This document shows positions 8,318 to 18,545 of a stretch of 64,000 nucleotides of DNA, piece after piece (position 1 is the stretch's first letter; every line of letters begins with the position of its first letter). A program made the translations under genes and the position numbers. Below the pieces are notes generated by a model. It was not told the origin of the DNA, made no database searches, and was given only the letters and a program-made list of their open reading frames with translations. The DNA lies in assembly GCA_011046085.1 (NCBI GenBank), contig DSBK01000016.1:1050-65049 (forward strand), read 5' to 3'. The DNA is from Actinomycetota bacterium. Lineage in GTDB: Bacteria; Actinomycetota; Aquicultoria; UBA3085; Oleimmundimicrobiaceae.

Positions 8318-9253
8318 ATGATTTCATTAAAAGGAAAAGATTTTCTGTGTTTAGGGGATTTTGGGCAAGACGAAATTTATCAGATCTTAGCGAAGGCAAC
8401 TGAGCTAAAACGGCTTCATCGCTTGGGTAAATCTATTCGTTTGCTTGAGGGAAAATCGGTGGCTTTGGTGTTTGAAAAGCCATCCACCCGAACCAGGGTC
8501 TCTTTTGAGGCAGGGATTACCCAGCTTGGCGCTTATCCTATAGTGCTTTATGGCAGGGATCTCCAGCTTGGTCGTGGAGAAACTATAGAAGATACGGGGC
8601 AAGTCCTTTCGCGGTATGTAGATGCAATAGTTGTGCGCACATTTAAACATGGTGATTTGGAGACTCTGGCTGAAGCTTCGAGCGTGCCGATTATAAATGG
8701 GCTAACCGATGATTTTCATCCTTGCCAAGCCCTCGCCGATTTTTTGACTATTTTGGAGAAAAAAGACAGGTTAGCGGGCTTAAAGCTTGCTTACGTTGGC
8801 GATGGAAACAATGTTTGTCATTCGCTTATTTCAGGTGCGTCTCATATTGGGTTGAATATATCGGTTGCCGTTCCTTCCGGGTATGAGCCAAAAGCGTGGG
8901 TGGTAAAAAAGGCCGAAAGCGTGCTAAGGAACATTAATCACAAGATATATGTAACAAATGATCCAAAAGAGGCTGTATCGAGAGCCGATATCGTTTATAC
9001 GGATGTTTGGACGAGTATGGGCCGAGAAGAAGAAGCTAATAAGCGAAGGAAAATTTTCTTGCCTTACCAAGTGAACGGCGATCTTTTATCTCTAGCGAAG
9101 CTCGATGCGCTCGTCATGCATTGTTTGCCCGCTCATCGAGGGGAAGAGATTACGGAAGAGGTTATGAAAAGTTCCAATTGTGTCGTTTTTGATCAAGCAG
9201 AAAATAGGATGCATACCCAGAAAGCCCTGTTATCTCTTTTAATCGGTGATTAG
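8318..9253 (+). CDS. argF: Ornithine carbamoyltransferase
   Basis: STRTRVSFE and HCLPAHRGEE motifs. Confidence 0.9.
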   Translation: MISLKGKDFLCLGDFGQDEIYQILAKATELKRLHRLGKSIRLLEGKSVALVFEKPSTRTRVSFEAGITQLGAYPIVLYGRDLQLGRGETIEDTGQVLSRYVDAIVVRTFKHGDLETLAEASSVPIINGLTDDFHPCQALADFLTILEKKDRLAGLKLAYVGDGNNVCHSLISGASHIGLNISVAVPSGYEPKAWVVKKAESVLRNINHKIYVTNDPKEAVSRADIVYTDVWTSMGREEEANKRRKIFLPYQVNGDLLSLAKLDALVMHCLPAHRGEEITEEVMKSSNCVVFDQAENRMHTQKALLSLLIGD

Positions 9254-9255
9254 TT

Positions 9256-9684
9256 ATGAAAGATAAAAAAGAAAGACAGGTTATTATAAAAGAGCTTGTT
9301 AGAAAAAAAAGGATAAGAACTCAAGATGAAATAATGTTTGAGTTAAAGAAAAATGGTTGCGAAACGACCCAGGCAACAATATCGAGGGATATATCTGATT
9401 TAAATCTCGATAAAAATGAAGAAGGTTGCTATGTTTTAGCAGAAGACATATATCTTAGGAAGATGATAAAGGGGTTTGTAAACAGCATTGTTGCGGCCAA
9501 CAATCTCATATTGATTAAATGTTCTGCGGGTTCGGCTCCCGGGGTCGCCGCGGCCATAGATAAGATAGAGTGGAAGGAAATTTTAGGGACAATAGCTGGC
9601 GATGATACCATTTTAATGGTTACCTCTGATGAAAAATCCGCAAAGTTAATTGAGAGTAAATTAGCGAAGCTAAAAGCGGTTTAG
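9256..9684 (+). CDS. argR: Arginine repressor ArgR/AhrC
   Basis: Winged-helix N-terminus (TQATISRDISDLNL) and C-terminal GTIAGDDTILM arginine-binding motif. Confidence 0.85.
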   Translation: MKDKKERQVIIKELVRKKRIRTQDEIMFELKKNGCETTQATISRDISDLNLDKNEEGCYVLAEDIYLRKMIKGFVNSIVAANNLILIKCSAGSAPGVAAAIDKIEWKEILGTIAGDDTILMVTSDEKSAKLIESKLAKLKAV

Positions 9685-9727
9685 TTTATTTTATTTGTCT
9701 GTTTATTGCGGGCAAGGAGGGATTTTA

Positions 9728-10933
9728 GTGGTTAATGGAAAAGTAGTTTTGGCTTATTCGGGGGGTCTCGATACATCAGTTGCTATAAAGTGGCTTCAGG
9801 AAAAGTATAATTTGGAAGTTGTAACTTTAGCTGTGGATTTAGGTCAACCAGGGGACATGGGCGCTATCAAACAAAAAGCTTTGGATATTGGAGCGAAAGA
9901 ATCGTATGTTACCGATACTAAGGAGGAGTTTGTAAAGAACTTTATACTGCCATCTCTCAAAGCAAATGCTCTTTACGAAGGCGAATATCCATTAGCTACG
10001 GCCCTTGCGCGGCCTCTTATAGCTAAACACTTGGTTGAGGTCGCCAAGAAAAGCGATGCTGATTTTGTTGCACATGGTAGTACGGGAAAAGGTAATGACC
10101 AAGTTCGATTCGAAGTTTCGGTTGCTTCTCTTGATCCCTCAATTAAAGTTATAGCCCCAATCCGGGAGTGGAGCATGACGAGGGATGAGGCAATGGAATA
10201 TGCTGAAGAACACGGCATATCGGTGCCGACAACAAAAAAGAGTCCTTATAGCGTTGACGAAAACCTCTGGGGCCGAAGCTGTGAGTGCGGAGCGTTAGAA
10301 GATCCTTGGGAAGAGCCGCCCGAAGAAGCTTATAGCTGGACGAAGAGTCCAATTGAAGTTTCGGACAAAGCTGAATTTATTGAGATAGATTTTATTAAAG
10401 GTGAACCAGTTGGTTTAAATGGGCAACAAATGGATACGGTTAGCTTGATTAAAGAGCTAAATAAGCTGGGAGGAGCTTATGGGGTTGGTCGAATAGACAT
10501 GGTGGAAAATCGGCTCGTTGGTATCAAATCACGGGAGATATATGAATGTCCCGCCGCCATCATTTTAATTAAAGCTCACAAAGAGCTAGAGGCCCTGACT
10601 TTGGAGAGGGACCTTTCTCATTTTAAATCTCTCTTAGAACACAAATATGCCGAACTTATCTATTATGGGCAGTGGTTTTCGCCTCTTAAAAAAGCGCTCG
10701 ACTCATTTTTTGAAAAAACACAAGAGAAAGTTGCGGGAACGGTTCGAATAAAATTGTATAAAGGGTCTGTTGCTATTGTTGGCCGAAAATCGGAAGAATC
10801 GCTTTATGATCGCTCTCTTGCCACTTACGAGGCAGCTGATTCTTTTTCCCACGAGTCGGCAAAAGGTTTCATTGAACTTTTTGGATTACCGTTAAAGGTT
10901 TGGGCAAGTAGAGAAAGAAAGGGTAATGGGTAA
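9728..10933 (+). CDS. argG: Argininosuccinate synthase
   Basis: AYSGGLDTS PP-loop; GTG 9728 start 8 nt after AAGGAGG preferred over the ORF-track 9695. Confidence 0.85.
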   Translation: MVNGKVVLAYSGGLDTSVAIKWLQEKYNLEVVTLAVDLGQPGDMGAIKQKALDIGAKESYVTDTKEEFVKNFILPSLKANALYEGEYPLATALARPLIAKHLVEVAKKSDADFVAHGSTGKGNDQVRFEVSVASLDPSIKVIAPIREWSMTRDEAMEYAEEHGISVPTTKKSPYSVDENLWGRSCECGALEDPWEEPPEEAYSWTKSPIEVSDKAEFIEIDFIKGEPVGLNGQQMDTVSLIKELNKLGGAYGVGRIDMVENRLVGIKSREIYECPAAIILIKAHKELEALTLERDLSHFKSLLEHKYAELIYYGQWFSPLKKALDSFFEKTQEKVAGTVRIKLYKGSVAIVGRKSEESLYDRSLATYEAADSFSHESAKGFIELFGLPLKVWASRERKGNG

Positions 10934-10936
10934 AGT

Positions 10937-11070
10937 TGCATATAGCAGATGGCATATAGTAGATGGCTGAGAGAAAATAGAGTCTGGAGTGTGGGGTATG
11001 GACTATGGTAAAACCAGCAATCTGGCCAACAAACTACCGACTTCCCACCAAGAGACTACCGACTGATTAG
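10937..11070. repeat. Intergenic element: 14-bp tandem direct repeat gcatatagYagatg x2 (10938-10965) plus the actaccgact module pair (11031-11049; 11050-11070)
   Basis: aagagactaccgactgatt is identical to 7069-7086. Confidence 0.5.
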
Positions 11071-11146
11071 TCTAGGGTAAAGATAAAGGGTAGAGTTATT
11101 AAAACTAACAACCGTCAATTAATAGTTAACATTATGAGGAGGCCCA

Positions 11147-12544
11147 ATGAAACTATGGAGTGGTCGTTTTAAGAAGAGTACAAATAAATTGGTCGAAGAG
11201 TTTACATCATCGCTCCTTTTCGACCATCGTTTATATAAGCATGATATAAAGGGAAGCATCGCGCATGTAAAAATGCTTAACAAATGTAAGATAATCTCTC
11301 CAGACGAAGCGGCAAAAATTGAAGAGGGCCTAAGCGAAATTTATGGTGAAATAGAGGCGGGTAAGTTTGTTTTCGATGTTGCCGATGAAGATATTCATAT
11401 GGCCATAGAGCGTGCCTTGATAGAAAAAATCGGACCGGTTGGCGGGAAATTACATACCGCTCGAAGTCGAAATGACCAAGTATCTTTGGATATACGACTT
11501 TACCTTAAAGATGAGAGTATGCTTATTATGGAATTAATTTTAAATCTACAGCGCGAATTGGTATCTTTGGCGAAAAACAATATGAACACTATTATTCCAG
11601 GTTATACTCATCTTCAGCGTGCTCAGCCAATTCTTTTACCCCACCATTTTATGGCTTATGTTTTTATGCTTAAGAGGGATTTTGAGCGGCTTAAAGATTG
11701 TTATTTACGAACAGATGTTATGACCTTGGGGGCTGGAGCCCTTGCGGGGACTTCTTTTCCAATAGATCGGGAATATGTTGCCAAAAAACTTGGATTTTCT
11801 CACGTTAGCGAAAATAGCATAGATAGCGTGAGTGATAGGGATTTTATCGTGGAGTTTTTGTCAGCGGCGTCGATAATCATGGTTCACCTTAGCCGATTTT
11901 GCGAAGAGTTGATTATATGGTCAAGTTCCGAATTTAACTTCATAAAATTGGATGATGCATTCACCACAGGAAGCAGTATAATGCCGCAGAAGAAAAATCC
12001 AGATGTTGCGGAATTAATTCGCGGAAAAAGCGGTCGGGTTTTTGGCCATCTAGTAGGATTGCTGGCAACTCTTAAAGGTCTTCCTATGGCCTACAACCGG
12101 GATTTGCAAGAGGATAAAGAAGGATTATTTGATGCGATTGATACTCTTAAGCTTAGCTTAGAGACGTTTACGGGAATGCTCAAGTCAATGAAGATAGAAA
12201 AAGATAAAATGAAAAAGGCTGCGGAGGGTGAATTTGCCAATGCAACCGATGTGGCGGATTATTTAACGACCAAGGGAATACCGTTTCGCGAAGCTCATGA
12301 AATTACAGGGAAAATGGTGGCGAGTTGCATGGATAAAAGTTGCTATTTTGGAGATATGAGTTTAGCGGATTTTAAGAAATTTTCACCCCTTTTCGATGAA
12401 GATATTTTAGATGTTATAGAAGTCGAGAATTCTGTTAACAAGAAAACTAGTTTTGGCGGAACCTCCACAAAGAGTGTCAAAAAGCAGATTGAAATTGCGG
12501 AAATGATACTTAAAAAAGAAAAAAATTGGCTTTCACGAGATTAA
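11147..12544 (+). CDS. argH: Argininosuccinate lyase
   Basis: Fumarase/ASL family (GSSIMPQKKNPD signature); RBS GAGGAGG. Confidence 0.9.
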   Translation: MKLWSGRFKKSTNKLVEEFTSSLLFDHRLYKHDIKGSIAHVKMLNKCKIISPDEAAKIEEGLSEIYGEIEAGKFVFDVADEDIHMAIERALIEKIGPVGGKLHTARSRNDQVSLDIRLYLKDESMLIMELILNLQRELVSLAKNNMNTIIPGYTHLQRAQPILLPHHFMAYVFMLKRDFERLKDCYLRTDVMTLGAGALAGTSFPIDREYVAKKLGFSHVSENSIDSVSDRDFIVEFLSAASIIMVHLSRFCEELIIWSSSEFNFIKLDDAFTTGSSIMPQKKNPDVAELIRGKSGRVFGHLVGLLATLKGLPMAYNRDLQEDKEGLFDAIDTLKLSLETFTGMLKSMKIEKDKMKKAAEGEFANATDVADYLTTKGIPFREAHEITGKMVASCMDKSCYFGDMSLADFKKFSPLFDEDILDVIEVENSVNKKTSFGGTSTKSVKKQIEIAEMILKKEKNWLSRD

Positions 12545-12583
12545 AATCCCTTGCGATTTTTCTTAAACAACTTGAGGGTTGCG

Positions 12584-14302
12584 ATGGATAATCAAGACAT
12601 TGCTTTCATACTCAATGAAATTGGAGAAATGCTTGAAATTCAAGGTGAACATCCTTTTAGATCACGAGCTTACCACCGCGCGGCATATGCAATTCAAGGA
12701 CTAGCAGAGGACATAAACGATATTTATAAAGAAAATAATCTTGAAAAAATTCCTGGGGTTGGAAAGGGTATAGCCGAGAGAATAGTTGAGTTGCTTAAAA
12801 CGGGAAAGCTTGCTTATTACGAAGAGTTACAAGAGCATGTGCCTCCAGGTCTTTTGCAATTAATTGGCATTCAAAGCGTGGGTCCAAAAAAAGCCAAGCT
12901 TTTTTATGACAAACTTGGGATCGCTGACGTTGAAGAACTTCTTAAAGCTGCGGATGAACATAGGTTAAAGGATTTGCCTGGCATGGGGCCAAAGGCGGAA
13001 GAAAATGTTCGAGCTGGAGTACTGGAGTTTCAACACTTAAGAGAGAGAATACTTTTAAGCGAAGCTTATCCCCTGGCGGAAAACATAATCAGGCAGCTTG
13101 ATGAGTTTGATTTTATCCTCAGAGTAAGCGCGGCCGGAAGTTTAAGACGAATGAAGGAGACCATCGGAGATATCGATATTTTGGCGGCCAGCAATGAATT
13201 TTCTAAGACGATGGATGTTTTCTGCAATCTCTCAGAGGTGTCTCGTGTGCTTGCGAAAGGTGAGACCAAAAGCAGTGTTATCACGCAAATTGGTCTTAAA
13301 GTCGATGTAAGAGTTGTTTCACCCGAGCAATTTGGCGCCGCTCTTCAATATTTTACCGGCTCAAAAGAACACAATATTCATCTTAGAGAAATAGCAAAAA
13401 AGAAGGGGTTAAAAGTAAATGAGTACGGTGTTTTTGAAGTCAAAACGGAAAAAAGAATGGGAGGAGCAGCTGAGGAGGAGGTCTACAATTTGCTTGGAAT
13501 GCAATGGGTTTACCCTGTGTTAAGGGAAAACAAGGGAGAAATCGAGGCGGCAACCCTTAATAATCTTCCAAACATTGTTAATTTATCGGATATAAAAGGG
13601 GATCTTCATGTTCACTCAAATTGGAGTGATGGATTGAACAGGATTAAAGATGTTGCCAGGGCGGCAAAAGAGCGGGGTTATGAGTATGTGGCTATAAGCG
13701 ATCACGCTGAGAAGTTAAAGATTGCGGGAGGATTGACGGTTGATGATTACAGACGTCAATGGGAAGAGATTGAAGTTGCAAATAAAGAGATTGGCGGGGT
13801 AACCATCTTGCGAGGAACGGAAGTTAATATTGACAACGAGGGAAATGTAGATTTTGAAGATGATTTTTTAAGGGAGTTTGATGTTGTAACAGCATCAATT
13901 CATGGTGGATTTTCTCAGAATAAAGAACAGTTAACCAGGCGCATTTTGAGAGCAATTTATAATAAACACGTAAATGTTATCGGACATCCTACTGGCCGAA
14001 TTTTAGGCAAGAGGCCACCGTATTTGCTGGACCTGAAAGCAATATTTAAAGCGGCGGCGGAAACAGGAACTTTTCTTGAGCTCAATTCTTTTCCTGACAG
14101 ATTAGATTTAAAAGACGATTATCTTAAAGAAGCTAAGGATGTGGGGGTAAAATTTGTCATAAATACAGACGCTCACAGCATAGGACAACTTCGGTATATA
14201 TTTTACGGATTAGCAACGGCTCAGCGGGGCTGGCTAGAAGCTGGGGATGTAATAAATACGTATTCTTTAGAAGAAATGATGAAGATGCTGGGTAAGGAAT
14301 AA
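12584..14302 (+). CDS. polX: DNA polymerase X family protein with a C-terminal PHP phosphoesterase domain
   Basis: Pol-beta-like HhH N-terminus, PHP motifs HVHSNWSDG, ISDHA, NTDAH; ATG 12584 preferred. Confidence 0.8.
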   Translation: MDNQDIAFILNEIGEMLEIQGEHPFRSRAYHRAAYAIQGLAEDINDIYKENNLEKIPGVGKGIAERIVELLKTGKLAYYEELQEHVPPGLLQLIGIQSVGPKKAKLFYDKLGIADVEELLKAADEHRLKDLPGMGPKAEENVRAGVLEFQHLRERILLSEAYPLAENIIRQLDEFDFILRVSAAGSLRRMKETIGDIDILAASNEFSKTMDVFCNLSEVSRVLAKGETKSSVITQIGLKVDVRVVSPEQFGAALQYFTGSKEHNIHLREIAKKKGLKVNEYGVFEVKTEKRMGGAAEEEVYNLLGMQWVYPVLRENKGEIEAATLNNLPNIVNLSDIKGDLHVHSNWSDGLNRIKDVARAAKERGYEYVAISDHAEKLKIAGGLTVDDYRRQWEEIEVANKEIGGVTILRGTEVNIDNEGNVDFEDDFLREFDVVTASIHGGFSQNKEQLTRRILRAIYNKHVNVIGHPTGRILGKRPPYLLDLKAIFKAAAETGTFLELNSFPDRLDLKDDYLKEAKDVGVKFVINTDAHSIGQLRYIFYGLATAQRGWLEAGDVINTYSLEEMMKMLGKE

Positions 14303-14499
14303 GGAACAAGGATTAAGTTGTACAGGTTAAGAGGTTAATTCTTATAGCTTAAAACTTATTGCTTATGGTAGAGCTATAAACGATGAACAATGAACTAAAA
14401 AATTTCCAACCAAACGATCGATGGAGCATAGAGCAGAGGGCACAGAGAAAATTCAGATTGAAAATTGCAAAATGTAAATTTTAAATTGGAAAGTGGAGA

Positions 14500-15087
14500 A
14501 TGGAAATACTAAAACGAGATTTTTATGAGAGAAATACAAAAATAGTTGCCAGGGAGCTTTTAGGCAAGATCTTGGTTCATCGGTTACCGGAAGGTAATTT
14601 AACCGGAAAAATTGTTGAAACTGAGGCGTATTTTGGAAATGGTGATCCTGCAAGTCATGCATCCAGAGGGAAAACGCCAAGAAATTCAGTAATGTTTGGC
14701 CCGCCCGGTTATGCTTATGTCTATTTTAACTATGGCATGCATTACCTTTTCAATGTTGTAACGGATAAAGATGGTGTTCCTGGAGCGACACTGATACGGT
14801 CTCTTGAGCCACTTGAAGGTGTCAATTTTATGTTTCAAAGACGAGGGGTTAAAGAATTAAAGTTTCTCACAAATGGCCCAGCGAAACTAACCCAGGCGTT
14901 TGAAATAAATATCTCACATAACGGTTTGGACTTAACTGGAGAAGAAATTTTTATCTGCAATGACGAAACGAAAGTATCCGACATTGTATCAGCTCCAAGA
15001 ATAGGGATATCCACTGGGAAAGATGAGATATTGAGATTTTATATAAAAGATAGCCAATTTGTATCAAAAAAAGCGGTTGATGTTTAA
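14500..15087 (+). CDS. mpg: DNA-3-methyladenine glycosylase (MPG/AAG family)
   Basis: ARELLGKILV, ETEAY, GKTPRN, FGPPGYAYVYFNYGMHY motifs. Confidence 0.8.
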   Translation: MEILKRDFYERNTKIVARELLGKILVHRLPEGNLTGKIVETEAYFGNGDPASHASRGKTPRNSVMFGPPGYAYVYFNYGMHYLFNVVTDKDGVPGATLIRSLEPLEGVNFMFQRRGVKELKFLTNGPAKLTQAFEINISHNGLDLTGEEIFICNDETKVSDIVSAPRIGISTGKDEILRFYIKDSQFVSKKAVDV

Positions 15088-15166
15088 TCCTGTCTCTCAT
15101 TGGTGTAATATTTAAACTTAAACAAATCTGTTGACGTATATCTGTGAGAATATAAAAAGCTGTTTT

Positions 15167-16135
15167 ATGGAGAGGGTGATTTTGTTGAAAATTAAGGAGA
15201 TATATGATTTAGCGATTAAAGAAGGGATGAATGCTGACCCAAGAGGAGAAGAAGAGTTAAAACGGGTTTTAGAGAAAGCAAAGAAAGAATATGATGACTT
15301 AAAGGAAACGGAAAAGGAATTTTTCGATTTGGAAAAATTGACAAATCCGTATTCCGATACTCGTATTCTTATCGGGGATTCTGATGTTGAGGTTAAAAGC
15401 ATTCTTTGCGGAATCGACATTGAGGTTGGCGAGGTATTGCTTGCGGATCGTTTAAAGGAGAAGGGGAAAGACATTGATCTTTTGCTTGCTCATCATCCTG
15501 AAGGGAAATCACTAACTGGTTTACCTGGGGTCATGAAGATGCAAGCTGATATTTGGCACAGAGAAGGTGTGCCGATAAACATCGGGGACGTTTTGATCGA
15601 CAAAAGAATGAAAGAGGTTCAACGATCGCTCATGCCAGTAAATCATAATAGGGCGGTTGATGCTGCTCGAATTCTAGACATCCCTTTTATGAATATTCAT
15701 ACTCCGGCTGATAATATGGTTACCTCTTTTTTACAGAAGCAATTTGATGAATTGTCTCCCTACACAGTGAAGGATGTAATAGATTTCTTAAAAAAGATTC
15801 CCGAATATAAAGAGGCGGCCAAGATGGGCGCAGGCCCGATGATTCTTGTTGGGGATGGCGACAAGAGAGCAGGAAGAGTGGTTGTGGATATGACAGGGGG
15901 AACAGAGGGTCCCGAAGGAGTTTTAGAAAAGTTGGCCGATGCGGGTGTTGGCACTATCGTAGGGATGCATATGGGCAACAAACTCAGAAAAAAGGCGGAT
16001 GAATATCATATAAATGTTGTTATCGCCGGGCATATTGCCAGTGATGCCGTTGGATTAAACTTATTATTGGATAAGTTCGAGAAAAAAGAGATTAATATTA
16101 CACCTTGTTCAGGATTAATGCGCGTAAGCCGTTAA
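15167..16135 (+). CDS. Nif3-like (DUF34) dinuclear-metal-centre protein, tentative
   Basis: DLLLAHHPEG and VIAGHIASD His motifs resemble NIF3/YbgI; the N-terminal 60 aa are atypical. Confidence 0.4.
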   Translation: MERVILLKIKEIYDLAIKEGMNADPRGEEELKRVLEKAKKEYDDLKETEKEFFDLEKLTNPYSDTRILIGDSDVEVKSILCGIDIEVGEVLLADRLKEKGKDIDLLLAHHPEGKSLTGLPGVMKMQADIWHREGVPINIGDVLIDKRMKEVQRSLMPVNHNRAVDAARILDIPFMNIHTPADNMVTSFLQKQFDELSPYTVKDVIDFLKKIPEYKEAAKMGAGPMILVGDGDKRAGRVVVDMTGGTEGPEGVLEKLADAGVGTIVGMHMGNKLRKKADEYHINVVIAGHIASDAVGLNLLLDKFEKKEINITPCSGLMRVSR

Positions 16136-16139
16136 TAAA

Positions 16140-18392
16140 CTAGGGGCTGCTTGTCGGTTCTTCATGTGGTTCTTCTATTTCGGGCGGTTCCTCCGGGGAA
16201 GGGCCCGTGCTAACTACGATACCCACGATAGTTCCTTCTTTTGCTAAACTACCTGGGTTAAGATTTTGTCGAATAACGTAGCCGGCGGGAACCGTGCCAC
16301 TGTTTTCTATAAACACGGTCGTCCCGAGCTTGGCATTTTTTATAGCTTTGATCGCTTCAGTTTGAGTTAAACCAACCACATTTGGCACTTCTATACCATT
16401 GTGAAGTGTGCATTTTTTGGTCGGCTGGGTTCCCTTGATGAAAGTTCCCACCGTTAAATGAGGACAGAATTCTGTGGGAAGAAGTCCCGTTTCCGCACAA
16501 ATAGTTACTCGTATAAGCCCAGATTTTGGAACAGGGAATGCAGTTCGAGGAGTATCCTCTAACGCTTTTAGCATAAATTGTGCCCAGATTTGTGTTGGAA
16601 ATGAACCGCCGGAGACACGAATTCCATGAACATTTTTCATGGGAATTTGTCCTTTAGAATAACCTACCCACACGGCCACAGAAAGGTCCGGAGTATATCC
16701 GACAAACCAGGCATCCTGATAGTTTTGGGCGGTTCCGGTTTTTCCAGCGGCAGGGCGCCCAATTTTTGCTCTGGTTCCAGTACCTCTTTTTATGACATCC
16801 TCAAGTATATTTGTAACGAGATATGCGCTGGCGGGGTTTATCGCAGCTTTGCTCTCAGTTTTGTTTTCTTTTATGATGTTACCGTGAGAATCTATGACCT
16901 TTAAGATGGCAATTGGTTTAGTGTGAATTCCCTCGTTTGCAAGGGTTCCATATGCTGAAGCCATTTCCAGCGGGCAGACTCCTGTTTGTAAACCTCCAAG
17001 AGCTATAGCGGGGTAGGGCTCGAGATGGCTCGTGATACCCATTTTTTTAGCTACCGTAACGACTTTTTCTGCTCCTACATCCATCATTAGTCTAGCGTAG
17101 ACTCCGTTAACGGACTTTATCGTTCCTTGCCAGATTGTCATTGGCCCGCTACCGCCACCGGCATAGTTTGTTACCTTCCAATCTTTTCCTGGTAATTTAA
17201 TTGTTGTTGGTCCAGACTCATAGACTTTGCTTGGAGAAAATCCTTCTTCAATTGCTGTTGCCAAGACAAAGGTTTTGAAGGAGGAGCCCGCTTGTCGCTT
17301 TCCCTGAACGGCTAGATTAAATTTTTGGGTATTAAAATCTCTTCCTCCAACCATTGCTCTTATGTAACCTGTTTTGGGCTCAAGCGCGACAATGGCCGCG
17401 CTTGGATCTCCTTCTCTGTTAAGAGTTTTTGTTATTGCCTCTTCGGCATATGTTTGTTTTTTTAAATCTATTGTTGTGTAAACTTTTAAACCACCCTTAA
17501 AAACGGCATTTTCACCAAATTCTTCAATTAGCAACTGTTTTACATATTCAACAAAATAGGCTGCGCGAATATTTTTTTCTTTTACGGGTTCAACCTCTAC
17601 GGGAGCGGCCCTAGCGGTTTCAGCATCAGATTTGGTTATGAATCCTAACTCTAACATTTTATTTATAACGATGTTTCTTCTTGTTTTTGCTTTTTCGGGA
17701 TTTACGTAAGGCGAATAATTATTTGGCGATTTGGCTGTTCCCGCCAAAAGCGCACATTCTTCAAGCGTCATATCCTTGGCCTTTTTGTTAAAGAACGTTT
17801 CCGCCGCAGTTTCCACTCCATAGCAACCTGAGCCATAATAGATTGTGTTTAAATATTTCTCTAAAATTTTGTCCTTGCTGTATTTTTGCTCGACTTGATA
17901 TGCTAAAGCCATCTCTTTAATTTTTCTTTCAAAGGTTTTTTCATGAGTTAAAAAAATGTTTTTTACATACTGCTGTGTGATTGTGCTGGCTCCCTCAACG
18001 GGTTTTCCACCTGCCTTTATATCGGCGACAAGGGCGCCCAATATTCTTCTTGGGTCAAGACCGCTGTGTAGATAAAATCTTTCATCTTCAATTGCTATCG
18101 TGGCGTTTTTCATATTTGGGGGAATTTCTGAAAACGGGATTATCGTTCTATTTTGCTCTGCGTGAAAAGTTGTAATAAGCTCTCCTTCCGAAGAATAAAT
18201 ACTTGAGGTTTGAGCTGCCGCTGATTGTGCTTGGTCTTCAAGACGGGGAAGGTCTTTTGTTAGACCTACCACAATTCCGATTCCAACAGAAAGGGAAGCA
18301 AGCGTTGTAAAGATAATCAAAATAATAAAGATCTTCAGCGCTCGACCACTTTTTTCCCCTTTACCTTTTCTTTTTTTTCTTGCGTAAGACAT
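16140..18392 (-). CDS. Class A penicillin-binding protein (glycosyltransferase + transpeptidase) with a C-terminal PASTA domain
   Basis: GT motif EDERFYLH; TP motifs SSFK and KTGT; PASTA segment near the C-terminus; N-terminal TM anchor. Confidence 0.85.
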   Translation of the reverse strand: MSYARKKRKGKGEKSGRALKIFIILIIFTTLASLSVGIGIVVGLTKDLPRLEDQAQSAAAQTSSIYSSEGELITTFHAEQNRTIIPFSEIPPNMKNATIAIEDERFYLHSGLDPRRILGALVADIKAGGKPVEGASTITQQYVKNIFLTHEKTFERKIKEMALAYQVEQKYSKDKILEKYLNTIYYGSGCYGVETAAETFFNKKAKDMTLEECALLAGTAKSPNNYSPYVNPEKAKTRRNIVINKMLELGFITKSDAETARAAPVEVEPVKEKNIRAAYFVEYVKQLLIEEFGENAVFKGGLKVYTTIDLKKQTYAEEAITKTLNREGDPSAAIVALEPKTGYIRAMVGGRDFNTQKFNLAVQGKRQAGSSFKTFVLATAIEEGFSPSKVYESGPTTIKLPGKDWKVTNYAGGGSGPMTIWQGTIKSVNGVYARLMMDVGAEKVVTVAKKMGITSHLEPYPAIALGGLQTGVCPLEMASAYGTLANEGIHTKPIAILKVIDSHGNIIKENKTESKAAINPASAYLVTNILEDVIKRGTGTRAKIGRPAAGKTGTAQNYQDAWFVGYTPDLSVAVWVGYSKGQIPMKNVHGIRVSGGSFPTQIWAQFMLKALEDTPRTAFPVPKSGLIRVTICAETGLLPTEFCPHLTVGTFIKGTQPTKKCTLHNGIEVPNVVGLTQTEAIKAIKNAKLGTTVFIENSGTVPAGYVIRQNLNPGSLAKEGTIVGIVVSTGPSPEEPPEIEEPHEEPTSSP

Positions 18393-18545
18393 AAAATCAC
18401 ATCTTATTATTTAAATTTCGATTAATAGTAGATTATAACATATTGTCTCCAAAAAATTGCTTCGTCAATGAGGTGGTTCTTTGTTGGACAGCCCAAAGAA
18501 AACTGTGATAAGATTTTGGCGCTTGGATTGGAGGTTTTTGAATTT

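Noticed and set aside
14303-14499. Terminator after polX
   Set aside because: Only a weak 7-bp stem (ttatagc/gctataa) with a 25-nt loop and no U-tract, so it was not called.
18393-18545. Possible T-box leaders upstream of tyrS (here) and valS (19997-20014)
   Set aside because: There is no GGGUGGNACCGCG core and no terminator. The spacers are only 150 nt and 18 nt.
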